The notes: generated by a model not told the origin, from the letters alone. Counted from the whole stretch's first letter, positions 27,801 to 41,514 are shown. The stretch: 63,687 bases of DNA, filler included, from Choristocarpus tenellus KU-1152 (GCA_964200185.2; 11 parts of 11 records of this genome joined end to end with filler, not necessarily neighbours in it), one strand, 5' to 3'. Program-made: numbers and translations.

Positions 27801-30800
27801 TAATCACATCACGAGCATTTTCTTCACAAGAAACTCCTGTTTGTCAACATAAATGGTATGTTCAGGTGCTTCTCTTGCCGACATCTTGAACATAGTACAT
27901 TTAGGTACACAGTTTTGGGCTGCTTCAAAAACTCAGCACCAAATTTAGAGTTTGAGGGTGTACTGTTTGCAACATCTTCCTTCGGAATAGGGGGATGGGA
28001 ACACTTGTTGATGATTCTGAATATTAGTTTGAGTGCACAATTTGATATCCTCCCCAGAATAAAAAAAAACATGACTCAAAAAAACAAAAAAGCAAACCAG
28101 ATGGTCACAGATGTTTGTTGCAGGGAAGGGGTTGTACCACATAGTACAAAAAGTCAGTCACGAGCTCAAAATGATCTTAACACTCTGAAAGAGTGATATT
28201 TTTTTACTTTTTCTAAAAAAAACTACCTCATACACCGTAGTGTAGATACTTTGGTCTTTACATGACATGATGCCAGCCCCGTGTTACATCCCCTACACAT
28301 ACTTAAAACCCTAAACTAGCCCCAACTAGGTTTTACTAACAGATTTAAGATGTGGTTATCACTTCATCAATGCAAGGGAACCACCCTAGCTGTTGGTAGA
28401 ATTCAATAAATCAAAAAGCCAGCACTCAAGATACAGCAAGCCATAGCCATGTATAGCCCATTAGGAGCCGCATACCCCAGCACTCTAGTTCTGTCCACTC
28501 ACATCTTCTGACACATGCCCAAAGCAGCCCCTCAGTGCCTTTTCTGCTTTGTCTACATATGGTTGAGCCACCTCCAAAGACATGCCATTTACAAGAGCCC
28601 CCATCCCAATGCAACTCCACAAGCAACCAATCGCCGAGAGCAGTTTTGCTTGTCCCTCGTTCTGTTCCCTTAGTCCCAAGACATCCCAATTGTCCCTGTC
28701 AGTCCTGCAAGCTCTATCTTCAAAGACATCTGGTCCTAACATCCCCCCACTGAGAACATGGATCATTGCACCCCTGAGGTCATTCTGCCAGGTGGATGAA
28801 GAAAAGGCCATATGCACAGGAATTGGGGACAGATTAAGGAACAGAGTGGGGACAACACAAAAGTAGTGGTACTATGGGTCATGCGCACAGCACATATACA
28901 CAGGTCGTGGTCAACATAGGGGATACTGTAATAAAGGCCCAAAGATGTTTCCCACTTTAATCTCCACTTCTGAGATGGCAATAGTTGCCTTTTCAAAGAA
29001 GAGTCCCAGGTGTGATAGGATTATCCTGATTAGAACCAGGAGAGGTGAGAAAACACACACAGGTTGAGAATAGAGAAGGAAAGGCCAGTGCCCAATATAT
29101 ATACACAATTAAACCTCTCTACTGGTGGCAATGCTCACCACACCAACAAATCAAATTGTACAATGCTGAATCATTCACCATATTTTCAACATGGCATATA
29201 CTGATTGGTGATTATGTTTGGTACACAACAAGGTTAGCAATAATCTAACAATAACCAACAAGTGGAGCTGGACACACAAAATACCCTCTAACAACCATAA
29301 CCTCCTCACATTCCATGCTCTTAACTCCATGGAGAACCTGACCCCCAACACTACCACCATCGTCCTGGTCACAAACATGAGTCTCACTGCCCTTCACAGA
29401 CTCATAATTTCTGCCTGAAGTCCTTTCAATCCTCAGTGATATTCCAACCCAACATTTGCACAAGTGACATGACAACACCCACCTCTTGCACTAGTACTAT
29501 GCTAGTACCCCACCCTCGGATGTAAGCATTAAGGTTTTGGTTCTCGACAAGGCCGACCAAGCCGGTGGCCCCTGACGGTGACAGATACACGCCCCTGGCC
29601 GGGGGCAATCCACAAACCTTTCATCAATAGAGGAGAGGAAGCACAGTGAGTGAGCACATACATGTGCCAGCGGTCTTGTTCCTGCCACTGGGAGGTAAAA
29701 ACTGAAACATGAAGGAAGGGAAGGGTACTAGTCCACAACCAGGTGGAGTGGGTGGGGGGGAATAAGATACTGATACAAGCATATTTGCACCAGGACCATC
29801 ATTTCAGTGGGGGGGCAGGTACTCAGGGATTGGTGGATGCGATAATGAGGCAAGGGAACCTTAATGGTTTGGTGTCTTGAAATCATGTCACATACTGGGG
29901 ACGTCAACCAGGAACTGGAAGCACCCTAGTGTGGACGCAAAAACAGACCTACAAACAAGAACAGACTAGTTGTCCCCCTCATTGCACCAAGTGGAACGTG
30001 ATTTGTAAGGGTTGCAGACAATGAAAACACAAGGCATTCTCAAGCACGAGAACTTCGTCCGGTTCTCTGCTATTTCTTCTTATAGGAACTGCACATGTCC
30101 ATTATCCACTGCATTCCATACGGCACAGTGGTCGCAAAAACAAATCTTTCCACGTATGACCTTCAATCGCTCAAGCATGTGCTACATACAACATGAATAC
30201 TCTCAGATATTTCATTTTTGCTCAGCATAATAGTGGCGTCAGTTTCAGTCAGTTCTGTTTATAAACTTGACCAAAGGAAAAAATCAAGGACTGGACAACC
30301 TAGGAAGATTAATGTTACCAAACATTATATGTCAATCCACACATGTTTTGTTAGGCTCAACTTCGGGATACAATATTAAAACATTCACGGGTACACTCAT
30401 AGATTGTATATGTGCCATGCTGCACCCAATTAATATGTACAATAATCAAAAGCTTGCATACTCCAATATGCAATGCAAAATACTCAGTAGATTTACTACT
30501 CTCGTGCCTATGATTCATCCATATGCAGTCACCATTGCTGTGGTTTACCTTATGTCACACTTAAGAGGCTCAGGGAATTGCTGAAGACAACAGCATGAAT
30601 GAACAACACAATACCGTGCAAGAAGGAGTTCTACACCTACTGCCTACTCATATCACCTGTCAGAGGCGCCTCCACAACATAATACATACATATATATGTG
30701 TGTGTGTGTATTTGGGGTTTCCACACCTCATAAACTAAAATACATGGGATTCCGCACATAAATTCACATCAACATCAGTAATGGCAGGTGCATGTAAGCA

Positions 30801-33128
30801 AATCATCCACGAGTGCAGTAGTACACCTACACCATGCAAAGGCGTTTCTTCATGGGTGCGAACTACACCCTGAGTTGTCACATGCGTGCCTAGCATGCAA
30901 AAAAGCGGGGGTTATCATCATCCTGGGAAATACACCAGATATAACTTGTGTCAGATCTCTCCTTCTATAGTACACCAAGATTTCGTACAGTACTACCATA
31001 TTCACAGATTGGTGTCCCTTCAGAATGGTATTTCGAACAGAATACATTTCGAGTCATAGAGGTGACACTGCCTGTCAACCTCTGTTACAATCTGGTGTTG
31101 CCATGACTCCCACGCATGGAATCCACATCACTTCCAGTTCTTCTGCTGGTTCATAAACACAATGAACAAAAAAACTGGCCAAATATCCTGCCACTAAATC
31201 GAAGAGGTTCTAAAACATTCACAGACAACAGTGAAAACTCTCCAGATAGGTGGCATGACAGAGCACAGAAGTGCCCCAACAAATCAAGGGATGAGCAGGT
31301 GAGGTTGGCATTTGGGAACACACTGCCGCTGAAACATCTCACCTGGTGTTGCCCCACCGGAAATATCACTTGCCTCCCTTTATCACAAGTACTTAAACCA
31401 GCCACCATGCAGACACTGCCATGATCAGAGCGAATCCTTCCATCACAAACGAGCATCAGCTCTTCAGGGTCATCTTCCCTCAGGGGCTCGGAATGGGGTG
31501 GGGCCTTTCGCTTAGGTCCCCTGGTTGGCAATGCAGAGTGGGCGGAAGGTAAAAGGAGAAAGTGATGACATTTCGAGAACAGGAAGACTCCCTCAGCAGG
31601 CACAGATTGCAAATACTACTACATCTATCACATGACTGCGGCAGCATGGCAATAGATGTCCATTGCAATAGGAACAGGTTAACAAACACCCAGACTCTTC
31701 TAGCCCTACCGCAGAGAACATCGCCCTAGAAATAGATATCAGCATTTCTTACCAGGGGCAACCCGACCATTATTTTGACTCCTCAATTAGTGAAATCATG
31801 TCCCAACAGCCGTTTACTTGAAGTAAGTCAATTATTTTAAATGCAATCAAGGCTTCAAACCTCGGGGAAACTGCTTACGCCAAAGGGGGTTCAACTTAGA
31901 AAGGGAAAAGTGTAAGTAACTTGCCATCATTGCTTATGATTGAATACATTTGCTCATAGGATAATTCTTGCTGTTGGCGATCAGAGGTACAAACTGGGGA
32001 AAATAAAAACGCACAGACTTGAAATGAAAGGTCATGATACTGATCTCTTCTCCAAGGGTCCAAATCTTCATTTTTCAAACACTAGGAAGTAGAATGTGAA
32101 GATGCCATTCCATATACCTCATGATGACATTTCAGGCTATTATTACTGGAAGACGAACTATTGGACCTAACCTTACATATGAACAAGGAAGCTTAAATCT
32201 AGTACTTGATCTTCATGAGAGTCAACAGTACCACTTCTTGCACATCTCCTCCTCGGATGGACGCTATATTTTCCTTGAAAATCGACCCATCAATAGTGCT
32301 GCAAAGGATGTTGAATCTTCAAATTCCTATTGCCCACTCTCTGATTGTACCAACCACTCAAGATTGTGGTCAACCTAAATTATAGTGGAAGTATTCACAC
32401 ATCTTGTAGAGAACACAAATTGCCACTGCCAAACATACTTCAAAAAAGAGGAGGTCGCTTCCCTTCCGCCAATACTTTAATTAGAGAGTGGACGACAGGA
32501 TTCCAGCATTTCCTTGTAGTACTCCAAAGTACAAAACTACTGAGTGGTTCAGAGGTTGAAGCAATCTCACACTCAAATTCAAAAAGATAATTAAAGGGCC
32601 ATCTTGTACACTGAAAACAACACAGAGTCGAAAATTCTCTTCCACACTCTCACCCTGGTGCATAGTTTATCAACCATGTATTTCCCACCAGTCTTTCCAT
32701 CTTCAACCAGACACAACATTGACACAACACTAACCTGGACTCCACCTCTTCCCTGGTTCGTTCATGGCACTGCAGAACATATACTTTAGGAACAAACCCA
32801 CCCGTACAGAATCCTACAGTACCGATGATGTAGTAAGTAAACAAAACAATATAAACAAAACATTGTAGTTTCTTTTTCATTCGAGGATTTGGACGCCAAT
32901 CGTAACATTTATTTCTGGGGCTATCTAGCGCAGGAGGCATACATCAACCATGTAGACTATGGAAGGGTTGAGGGCAACTTGTATCGATCGGCATCGGCCA
33001 TTGCAAAATGTATCCATCTAGTACCCTCAATCCACGACACCTACCTTCGCCTCTTCTCACTGAACAAGCATGCTATCCCCCTGATACGGCACATTGTGCA
33101 CGGATTCTATCTATCGCCATCGCATCGC
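21842..33128 (-). pseudogene. Fungal-type Zn(II)2Cys6 transcription factor gene with an in-frame TAG at 33107-33109; exons 33045-33128, 31343-31520, 29514-29617, 28503-28784, 26888-27001, 24666-25093, 23958-24141, 23235-23382, 22822-22932, 22519-22591 and about 21842-22138, plus a few unresolved small exons
   Basis: Spliced peptide RCDGDR*NPCTMCRIRGIACLFSEKRRRGPKRK gives Cys3-6 of the binuclear cluster plus a basic tail. Later exons are GT-AG bounded and mostly phase-compatible (SGATGLVGLVENQNL; LWSCIGMGALVNG..AQPYVDKAEKAL; VLKAYLGMAYL; VEIIDRSPGIVR; GPIPPFEQGHTLICNC). The first CxxC exon was not found. Confidence 0.75.
25251..25338. repeat. 19-bp tandem repeat CAAATATACTATTATAATK, about 4.5 units
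   Basis: Direct reading. Confidence 0.85.
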
Positions 33129-34295
33129 CTGTTCCAGTGAGGAAAATCGGGCATTGCATAAGTCATGTTGCACAATGGAGGGCACTGTAGAAGTGGGCGA
33201 CGGGGATAGAGTACAGGAGGGGGAGGATCAGACGCCCCTTTTGTGATGCCAGGCATTACCGGTCCTTTCCCTACATTGTGCGTGATTGCAAAGGTTAGAA
33301 TCGCCAAGACAAAGAAATGTCTCTGTTCACATACCCCATCGAGCAAATAAATCACCCCCCTTCCAAATCTTCAGGCAACGCCTGATCCTCATCCTTGCAA
33401 CATGCATCCTCATCCTTCCACCATGTTTTCTGTGTGGGTTGGTTGGAAATGGGAGACAAACCTCTTTCTGGAGGAGCAGAAATCACATGACTTGCGTAGA
33501 TTGAATGGTCTCGCTGCAGTCGTCTGATCAATGGAGTCGGGCAATGACGTATCTCCCATTCAAATTCAAGTTGTGACACCCAAGTTCGACCTTCGCTTGA
33601 GTGCATCAAGTTCGTGTTCCTAGTATATTTTCGGCGATTAATAAAACAACCCTTGGAATTGACATTGTCACAAGGTTGGGGATTGGGAATAATTGGACCG
33701 TTCTACCTAGATCCATCTCTTCCTTCATGTTGTGAATCTGGATTTTAGTGCATTGAAGGACTATGAACTTCATTGATAAGAAACAGTAGTAGTAGTATAG
33801 GAGGTATAATTTTATGGCATCTTTTTTAAGAACTCAAGAAAAAATACTATACTGACCAACTAAACTTCTTTGAAAAAATGGATAGCGTGAAACAGATGGA
33901 AACAAGCCGACAGGTTCTTCGTGATGAAGGGGGGAGGGAAGACCCACACAGGAGGCAAGATCAAAGAGAGACAAATCAAAAAGGGAGAGCAATCCTTCAG
34001 AAGATCACTCAGGAAAAGAGTGCTCAGATGGTAACTGAAAGAGGGGGGTGTTGGCAAGGTCACTCCAAACCACCCAAACTTGCTTCAAGCAGATGTTACG
34101 TTCAACATGCAAGAACAAATGTCATACGAAGATCATAATGTTCAAGATAGGTCACCTTCAGGGTATACATTCTGNNNNNNNNNNNNNNNNNNNNNNNNNN
34201 NNNNNNNNNNNNNNNNNNTTAATTAATTAANNNNNNNNNNNNNNNNNNNNNNNNNNNNNNNNNNNNNNNNNNNNCCCCCCCCCACACACATGCAG

Positions 34296-36104
34296 CTACC
34301 CGTTGGCGGTGAAGCTTGGGACCATTACCCCCAATGGTGGGGATGTGTTTAGCTACGCCCCGGAGGAGAATGGCATGGTTAAGGTAATTGTTTACTACTA
34401 GGATGTTTTGGAGGGGAGGTTGTGCTACAGAATTACTCAGATGCTGCTCTGGAGTGTGAGAAATATGGTTCTTCAAGTTGTGTAATGAGAGGGGGAAAAT
34501 ACAATAGTATTTGCAGTTGAGATGGATATAATGTAATGAAGGGGACAGAGGGTGCATAAGAAGGGTTTCCTTTCTTGGCATTTTTCTACTTCTATATATT
34601 TTGGAGAGGATTAGGGTTAGAGATCAGATTTGTGTTGCAGAGGAATATCATAATGCAATGCCCAGAGCTGTATAGTATTTATAGTAGCAAGCATAAGCGG
34701 TTGCTGTACTCAGGAGAATCATTAGTAGTGTGTGGGCTGAGTCTGACATTCATATGGACATTCTCAAATGCAATTGTTTTGAGTCCACTGTGTTACATTG
34801 TATCCATCTTGAATTGGCATTCTCCCCCCCCCCCCAAACTCTCCCGCCCGGTGCCACCTATAACAGATCGGAAGACCACNNNNNNNNNNCCCCTTGGTTA
34901 CATTGTACTCATCTTGAATTTGCATTCCCCCCCCCCCCCCAAACTCTCCCGCCTGGTCCCAACTATAACCCTGTTCCTCTTTGCTGCATCTTGGTGTTGT
35001 GCTTTACTTTTACTGTGACCAGGACCCAAAGCTGGCGGAGCACCTCGCCCGCTGGGGCATTGACATCATGTCTTTGGAGAAGACAGACAAGACCATGGCA
35101 GAGCTAGAGGTACCATGTACTCTGGAGTTATCAATCAGGGTGGATGAGGTTTTGGCCTACTGTATTTGCAGGGAGTGTGAAATGAATATAGAAATGGGTA
35201 CTTTTGCAAATGAAGGTTTTAGTTTTTGGTTCAACTTTTCTCTTTTGTTTTGACCCTTGTTATTTTTGACACAATTGTTACTACCATGTTTTAAAAAAAA
35301 TGTAATTTTGGTGCTACTGTATCGTAGAATTCTTCAAGGATCGATCAATATCGTAGTAGGCATTGCCCCATTCATCCCCACTCCCCCCCCCCCAGTCCCG
35401 TCATATTGTTGATCTATTTCCTGGGTATTGATCAAACTGATACAGGTAGAGCTAAACAAGTCTTATGATTTCAATAAGATCACGGAATCAGGAACCAAGC
35501 TCAAACCGCTCTGGGGTCTGGGGTACACAGGCCTAAAGAACTTGGGTAACTCGTGCTACATGAGCAGCTGCCTGCAGGTGATAAATTCATTCAGTATTTA
35601 TATTTTTCGAATGGTTTTGTAGACCTTGGAGGGTGTGTGGCAGATTGTTTTTTTTCTTGGTAACAGAGAGGGGTGGGAGGAGGCAGGCGTGAATGAGATA
35701 TATTAAATTATTTATGGGATGAGCATTAGTTTGTGCTCTGGAACACTTTTTTATAATCACCATTCTACCTTATGTGGCAGTGTACCGCAACTTCAACAAT
35801 GAATGTGAATAGCGTTGTAGCTAAGCCTTGTTTTTTGTTATGATACTACTATTACATTATTAATACTACATTTCTGGTTGCTTGTTTTGTAGTGCAGGAC
35901 AAACATTACGCTTTGAAGCCCAAAAGTTTATTATTTTTCTTTCTTTAATTTCGACAGAAACTTTGTGTGTTTTGTTCTCACTCTGTCGATGTTTAGGTGC
36001 TATCTTCCATTCCGGAGGTTGCAAAGAGGTACGGGGAGCAAGCCTCTGCCGCAGGCGTGTTCCGAACAGCCCCAGTAGATACTGCTGGAGACTTCTCCAC
36101 ACAG
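34296..36104 (+). CDS. USP5: Ubiquitin C-terminal hydrolase of the USP5/USP13/UBP14 type, partial; exons 34296-34383, 35023-35109, 35446-35577, 35997-36104
   Basis: YPLAVKLGTITPNGGDVFSY..DPKLAEHLARWGID..KTDKTMAELE (end of the ZnF-UBP region) and the Cys box GYTGLKNLGNSCYMSSCLQ; all splice phases are compatible. Confidence 0.92.
34790..34968. repeat. Approximately 75-bp direct duplication flanking a 10-N gap, intronic
   Basis: GTTACATTGTA..CATCTTGAATT.GCATT(C)nAAACTCTCCCGCC..TATAAC occurs twice. Confidence 0.7.
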
Positions 36105-37317
36105 GTATGATTATGGGTAGGGTTAGGGTCTATGAGGCAAGAAAGGTGTGTTGGACAACAGTTTACTTCCCTGCCACCTCCCCTCCCCTCCTTGCGAAGC
36201 CCAATGGTGTTTTTTTTCTTCTGTGAAACAGTTTCAAGTTTGGTTTTGCAAGTCATTAGGAAGGCATTTTGCTGGTCTTCTTGTTGATCGCACTGTCTTG
36301 CGCTCCCTGGAGAGCCAAGTCATTTTCTGTAAGAAATGGGGTTACTGAGAGAGTACTGTTGTATGTTACATATTGGCGTTAATTTGTGTGTGTAACGGAG
36401 ATGAGATAAAAGTCATATCTTGCTGTTACAAGGCCTAGGTTGTGCAACTTCCGTCTCTAAGTGTGTGGTTGTAGCTGGCATGACGATTGATTATGGCTGT
36501 TTACGTGTGGAGGGTGGTGTTTGTGCTTTTGAACCGGTTGCACTCGTTGAACACTTTGGCTGTAAGTGTTGTAAGTGGTCCCCAAATGGGTGTCTGTATG
36601 TGCCCTGATTCTAGAGAAACAGCAACTATACTGCTGAGGAGGAAGTTTGCGCTCTTTTTTGTACTGTGGAGGAACGCAAGAAATGTACTTGAGACTGTTG
36701 TGCTTACGTTTAATTTCATTTTTTCACACATCGCTCGAGTGGTAATGGTGCCCCTTCTTTTTTTCTTTTTCTTTTTTGGGGGGGGGGGAGGAGGGTGGTT
36801 TGCACGTCATGTGCCATTAGTTAGACCGGGAATTCTTTTTTGATGATTGGATTTAATTGTTTTGTAGTGCCATTGTTGTTGGGGTTGTGCACATAATTTG
36901 GAAGTGTTGGGGCAGATCTGTATATATTTCTTTGCAAGTAGATAATATAGGTGTATATATCTTTGTTGTAGTTTGTTGTCTGTGCTCTTGATGGTTTGCA
37001 GATGTGTCCTATCTTCTATGCTGCTTAAGTCTCTCGTTGTCTGTTTGTAGCTGTGGTTTTTGAGGATGGTGCATGTGTCCACAATGTTTGATTGATGGAT
37101 ACAAACTGGTTACAATGTTCCCTTGAGTGCGACTGTGCTCTTGAAATCCCCCCCCCTAACCCCCCTTCTTCTCCCCCCCCGGCCCCCGGGCCAGCAGCAG
37201 TTTTGGGGTTTTCATTTNNNNNNNNNNNNNNNNNNNNNNNNNNNNNNNNNNNNNNNNNNNNTTAATTAATTAANNNNNNNNNNNNNNNNNNNNNNNNNNN
37301 NNNNNNNNNNNNNNNNN

Positions 37318-37358
37318 CCAAATGGACATCCGCCACCCCCTCCCAGATACTCTGAGCC
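37318..37358 (-). mobile_element. MITE family A terminal fragment at contig start
   Basis: CCAAATGGACATCCGCCACCCCCTCCCAGATACTCTGAGCC. Confidence 0.8.
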
Positions 37359-37536
37359 GCAAAGAAGGTACAGCAGTAGTGTAACCCTAAAGCAAATCGT
37401 GTTCACAGTATATATAACTGCCTGCACTTCTTGCAATACAGGCTGCTCTTGCTTCATACGACAAAGTCTGTGCAACTCAAATGAAATGAATGCTTTCAAC
37501 ACCACAGCACCAATCGATCTCCGTGGAGGTTCCATC

Positions 37537-37793
37537 GAGTGAAAGTATCTTAGAGGGTATGAGTATTGCTCTGTTTGTCCATTTGGGGCTTGGGTTCCCA
37601 TGGGTTTTTTTATGACGTTTTCCTACTCCAAATGTATAGGAGTAGGTAAATGTATACATTATGAAAAGGTGTGTCCGAAACATAGATATTGACACTTCCT
37701 AATAAACACGATAGTCAAAATTACATCAAAATCGCAACATTGGATTTTGACACCCAAATGGACGCGGTGCTACCCTCTAAGATACTTTGGTTC
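37537..37793 (-). mobile_element. MITE family B, full copy (257 bp)
   Basis: TIRs GAGTGAAAGTATCTTAGAGGGTA / TACCCTCTAAGATACTTTGGTTC; ATC duplicated on both flanks. Confidence 0.9.
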
Positions 37794-37934
37794 ATCTATA
37801 TCTACCCATCCTCCAAAGTGGGAACGTTTTTCACTCTCCATCTTTCCCTTCAGCAAATATAAACTTCTAGAGACGAAAGTGTTTTGAAGCAATACTACTA
37901 TTCGATCCAATAGCAATCCTGCTGCAAATTCTCC

Positions 37935-38800
37935 TCATCTACCTACTCCCCCCTTTACGGCATCCATTTGTCTCAAATCTCTTGTATTTTTCAGCTCGAA
38001 CGGAACATTGGTCAAGTTGAATATGTCTCCCTCCAATGAATTTTCCTCTATCTCGATGTATTTTGTGATCTCCCTCTTAGCATGGGCAATCAGCTTGCCA
38101 CAGTCTGCTGGTTTCCATCCACCTTCAATCCGATCCCAGTTAGGATTAGGATCACCGCACCACCGCAGCCTTCTCTGATCTGTCACGCAGGCAATCATTC
38201 TCCCCTTTGCTTCCTCGTTAAGGAACCCTCATTACTCAACCAGGAACCTGCTAACACGTGCTTTCCTCTCCTCTATCAGAGGTCTAAGAATCTTGATTGG
38301 AACTCTTCTCCGCACATAGTCCAAGTGCTTCAGGATTGTACCTAGACCCCATAATGAGAGTTCCATCCCAAACTTTGCTTTTACCCGGATCACCAAATCT
38401 TGACAAAAGATCACATTTCCCAACGAGTGCTGTGTAAAGATGAAGCGTTTCATCTCGTTAAACTGTTGTTCAATGAGCTTGCGCCATTTATCGAAGTCCA
38501 CTTGGACAATCCAGAGGTGCAAACGATCTCCCTTCTCTTCTTCCAAGTTTTCACTGTGCGAAAAACCTTCTCGTATCCCACACCTGCTGCCAGGTGGACA
38601 CCCTCCACCGACCCATATGATTGCAGATAACAAATTGATAGTACAGGACCAGCAGTACACGTACCTGTTCCTCGGAAAGCACCTCTCACCTGACCAACTT
38701 GAAATAATTTGCTCATTGGCATCACCTTCCCTAACCTCTTGAGCATTCCGTCTGGAGGCATCCAATCCTTGTTGTTGCAGGCACGTGGGCCCTTCCTTCA
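37935..38800 (-). pseudogene. Decayed IS630/Tc1-like transposase (HTH region to first catalytic Asp)
   Basis: In-frame KFGMELSLWGLGTILKHLDY...KARVSRFLVE**GFLNEEAKGRMIACVTDQ resembles the HTH-linker-'VYxDES' layout of IS630/Tc1 transposases; stops are present. Confidence 0.5.
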
Positions 38801-39062
38801 TCTTTGGTTGGCCTCCCCTTCCCCCTCTTGCTTGTGGCGTTCCCTTGTCTGCAAGCGATTCTGCGACCAGCTCTCTTGACTATTTTATTTTTTCTCTTTT
38901 TTTCCATCCAGAGGCTCCTTACCTGGTGGGTCGATAACTCGAGAAAGCTTTTGAGTCTTGAAAATTCCCCTTGACAAGCTTCTGCATCAAGTCTTCTCCT
39001 CTCTAAGAACCAAGTATAATTTTCCTCACTTTCCTTACGTCACCTCTAAAAATCGGAGAACA

Positions 39063-39242
39063 GGCTCAAAGTATCTGGGGGTGGTGGTGGCGGCTGTCCA
39101 CTTGGGATCCATTTTTTAATATTGCGATTTTTGGATGATTTGATTCCATACGTCGGATGGATGATGCAAATGCACTTTTCCTGATTTTGGTCCAAATAGA
39201 CACCCTGGTGTAGACTTCCCTCCCCCCAAGATACTTTGGATC
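39063..39242 (+). mobile_element. MITE family A, full copy (180 bp), ACA target duplication
   Basis: aca|GGCTCAAAGTATCT ... AGATACTTTGGATC|aca. Confidence 0.9.
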
Positions 39243-41514
39243 ACAATCAGAACCTTAAAAAGGGCCCCCAGTTTTCTTGTGGATTCCAACAGTTAAATAC
39301 TTCGGGATATGCGTCGAGTGTTACACCGACTTGAAGCCCAGGTCATAAGCTTTCATCCGACTACCTTGTCAGGGGTAAGCACCATGTATAGAACGAGATC
39401 TTTGGAGCAAGAGATGACCAATTCAACAAAGTTTCGCAGACTGAAATGTTAGAAACTGCCTAGAAACCGAGATATAAATGTTGATCGGTACTTCCACCAT
39501 CCGTTACATTATAACAGTGCTCTTAGTTGGTGACCAGAACCCGCCCAGAGCACTACTCTACAAAAAAGAAAAATATATTGTATCCACACACCACTCACTA
39601 AAACAAAAGGGGGAAGTGTTAACCAAGGACAAGATCGAAAGTAGAAAGGGGTTGTTCAGACACATCAGCGAAGGTGCTAGGAAATAAGTAGTTTCAGTTC
39701 TGTTGTCTTGAACAAGCAGGGTGTCGGTCCCACCTTACTTTATTCTAGTGACATTCCGTGACAAGCAGAGTTCCTGAAGATCTGGAAAGTCTTGCCCAAG
39801 GGCTGAAGGGAAAGTCCTAAGGGCGGAGAGAGGGCAAAGGAAGGATCGTTAGACCATGTAAGTTTTTCTTTCGCTGATTCTCTGTGTCGATAGTTTGAAG
39901 GCGGGTGCATATAGGCGGTGTTAGGACGTTGTACCGATCGTGTTTGGGGACATCTTGAGGGTGGCTCCTTCATGTGTATTTGTGTCCGAGCTGTTGCAAA
40001 CTTTGACTTATAGTTGTGCGTGTGTCTTGTATATTTTACGTGCAACGAGGGTAGTTTTAACAATGCTAAGAACTGGTGCGTACAAACTCAGTTGTGCTCT
40101 GGTTGAGTTGATTTGACTTGAGACTATATATTACCTATAGCGTTGTGTACATCGCGCAACCCTCAGGATTGTATCCCCATGGGATATCGAGAGCTTACTC
40201 TTAGACCTCCACGGTCTCTGCGCCATTTCCCCCCCAATAATGACTTCCCATGCGAACAGGAGTGCCGACGACAAGATCAGGAGTCCCGATGAGGAGAGGG
40301 ATGACGAGTTTTCAACGGGTCCCCTATCTCTGCTCATGCAGGTACCCTAAGTGGAACATTGTGAGCATTGCGTTCATCGCTCTCTTGATACTGCCTCATT
40401 ACCTCCACCATAGACGATACCATCTATGCCCCATTCTAACAGTTGGACATCTTGCTATTGCAAGAGTGGTTTGGATGTAGTTTACCTTGACCCATGTGCG
40501 CAAGATGAAAAAATTGTTTGGAATATGGGTGGTACTTGGTTTGCGTATTGTCAATGTATGTAGCGGAGTATAGTACCGGGCTGTAACATATTGTCTGCTG
40601 CTCTTTAGTCATGGTCTTGCCTGTTTTTTCTAAGCATGTGACTACACCGACCGTAGATCGGCCCTTTGTACCAGAGGCCAAGCCTCGTTCTGATGATCAA
40701 AAAATGAATAGAAGTAGGAGAATCATCAAGTTCTGTATTTTGGCCCATGCGTTCGCTTCAACCTTTCACAACTACTCCATGAGCCGGTCAGGATCCAAAC
40801 CTGTCGTTTCAACACCAAATTCCTTTCTTATATATTTGGTTCTATTGCTGCTTAAGCGTCCATTAATCTTCTGCCACCGTGAAGTTGAAGATTCGTTCCA
40901 CATGCATCTTTTTTATCATTGGAACTCGTTATGTGCCATGTATGCTCGTAATTGTTGGCGTATGACTGTACGGATCTCCCTTTGATCGCTCTGGCTACAG
41001 CATCACTAGGTGGGGGATCCTAGGACAGGAACAATTCGCACGCACCAGTGATCACGCATGTGTCGAAAAGTGGGGGATCCTATGTCAAGAGGAGGCAACA
41101 CTATTGAAACAACTCCAGTGAGTACGGCGATGATGTAATCTCGATCATAACGCTGGGCATTGTCTTGGCTGGGCAAATCGAATCCGCAACAAGGGAGTCG
41201 CAAATTTTGTGTTGATACACTACTTCCGGGTGTCTGGCGCCTCGAAGTATCGGATTTGTACACACATCACTCTTTTCAAGAGTCTTTCTGCTTGACGTTG
41301 ATGGGGAAGAAGATACCCGGTCCTTTCCTTTGAAAACGAAAATTGCGAGGAGTAGGTTCCCCTGCTGGAATGGGACCGCTGTGGTTGATCTGACGTCGAT
41401 CGGCATAGCGCCCCNNNNNNNNNNNNNNNNNNNNNNNNNNNNNNNNNNNNNNNNNNNNTTAATTAATTAANNNNNNNNNNNNNNNNNNNNNNNNNNNNNN
41501 NNNNNNNNNNNNNN

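Noticed and set aside
31575-31647. MLPQSCDRCSSICNLC as the missing first half of the Zn cluster
   Set aside because: It lies in the intron downstream of the real Cys3-6 exon, just before a polypyrimidine/CAG acceptor, and the Cys spacing is wrong.
33107-33109. Genome-wide TAG reassignment as the explanation for the in-frame stop
   Set aside because: The kinase gene ends at TAG right after a complete domain, and no other host exon here has an internal TAG.
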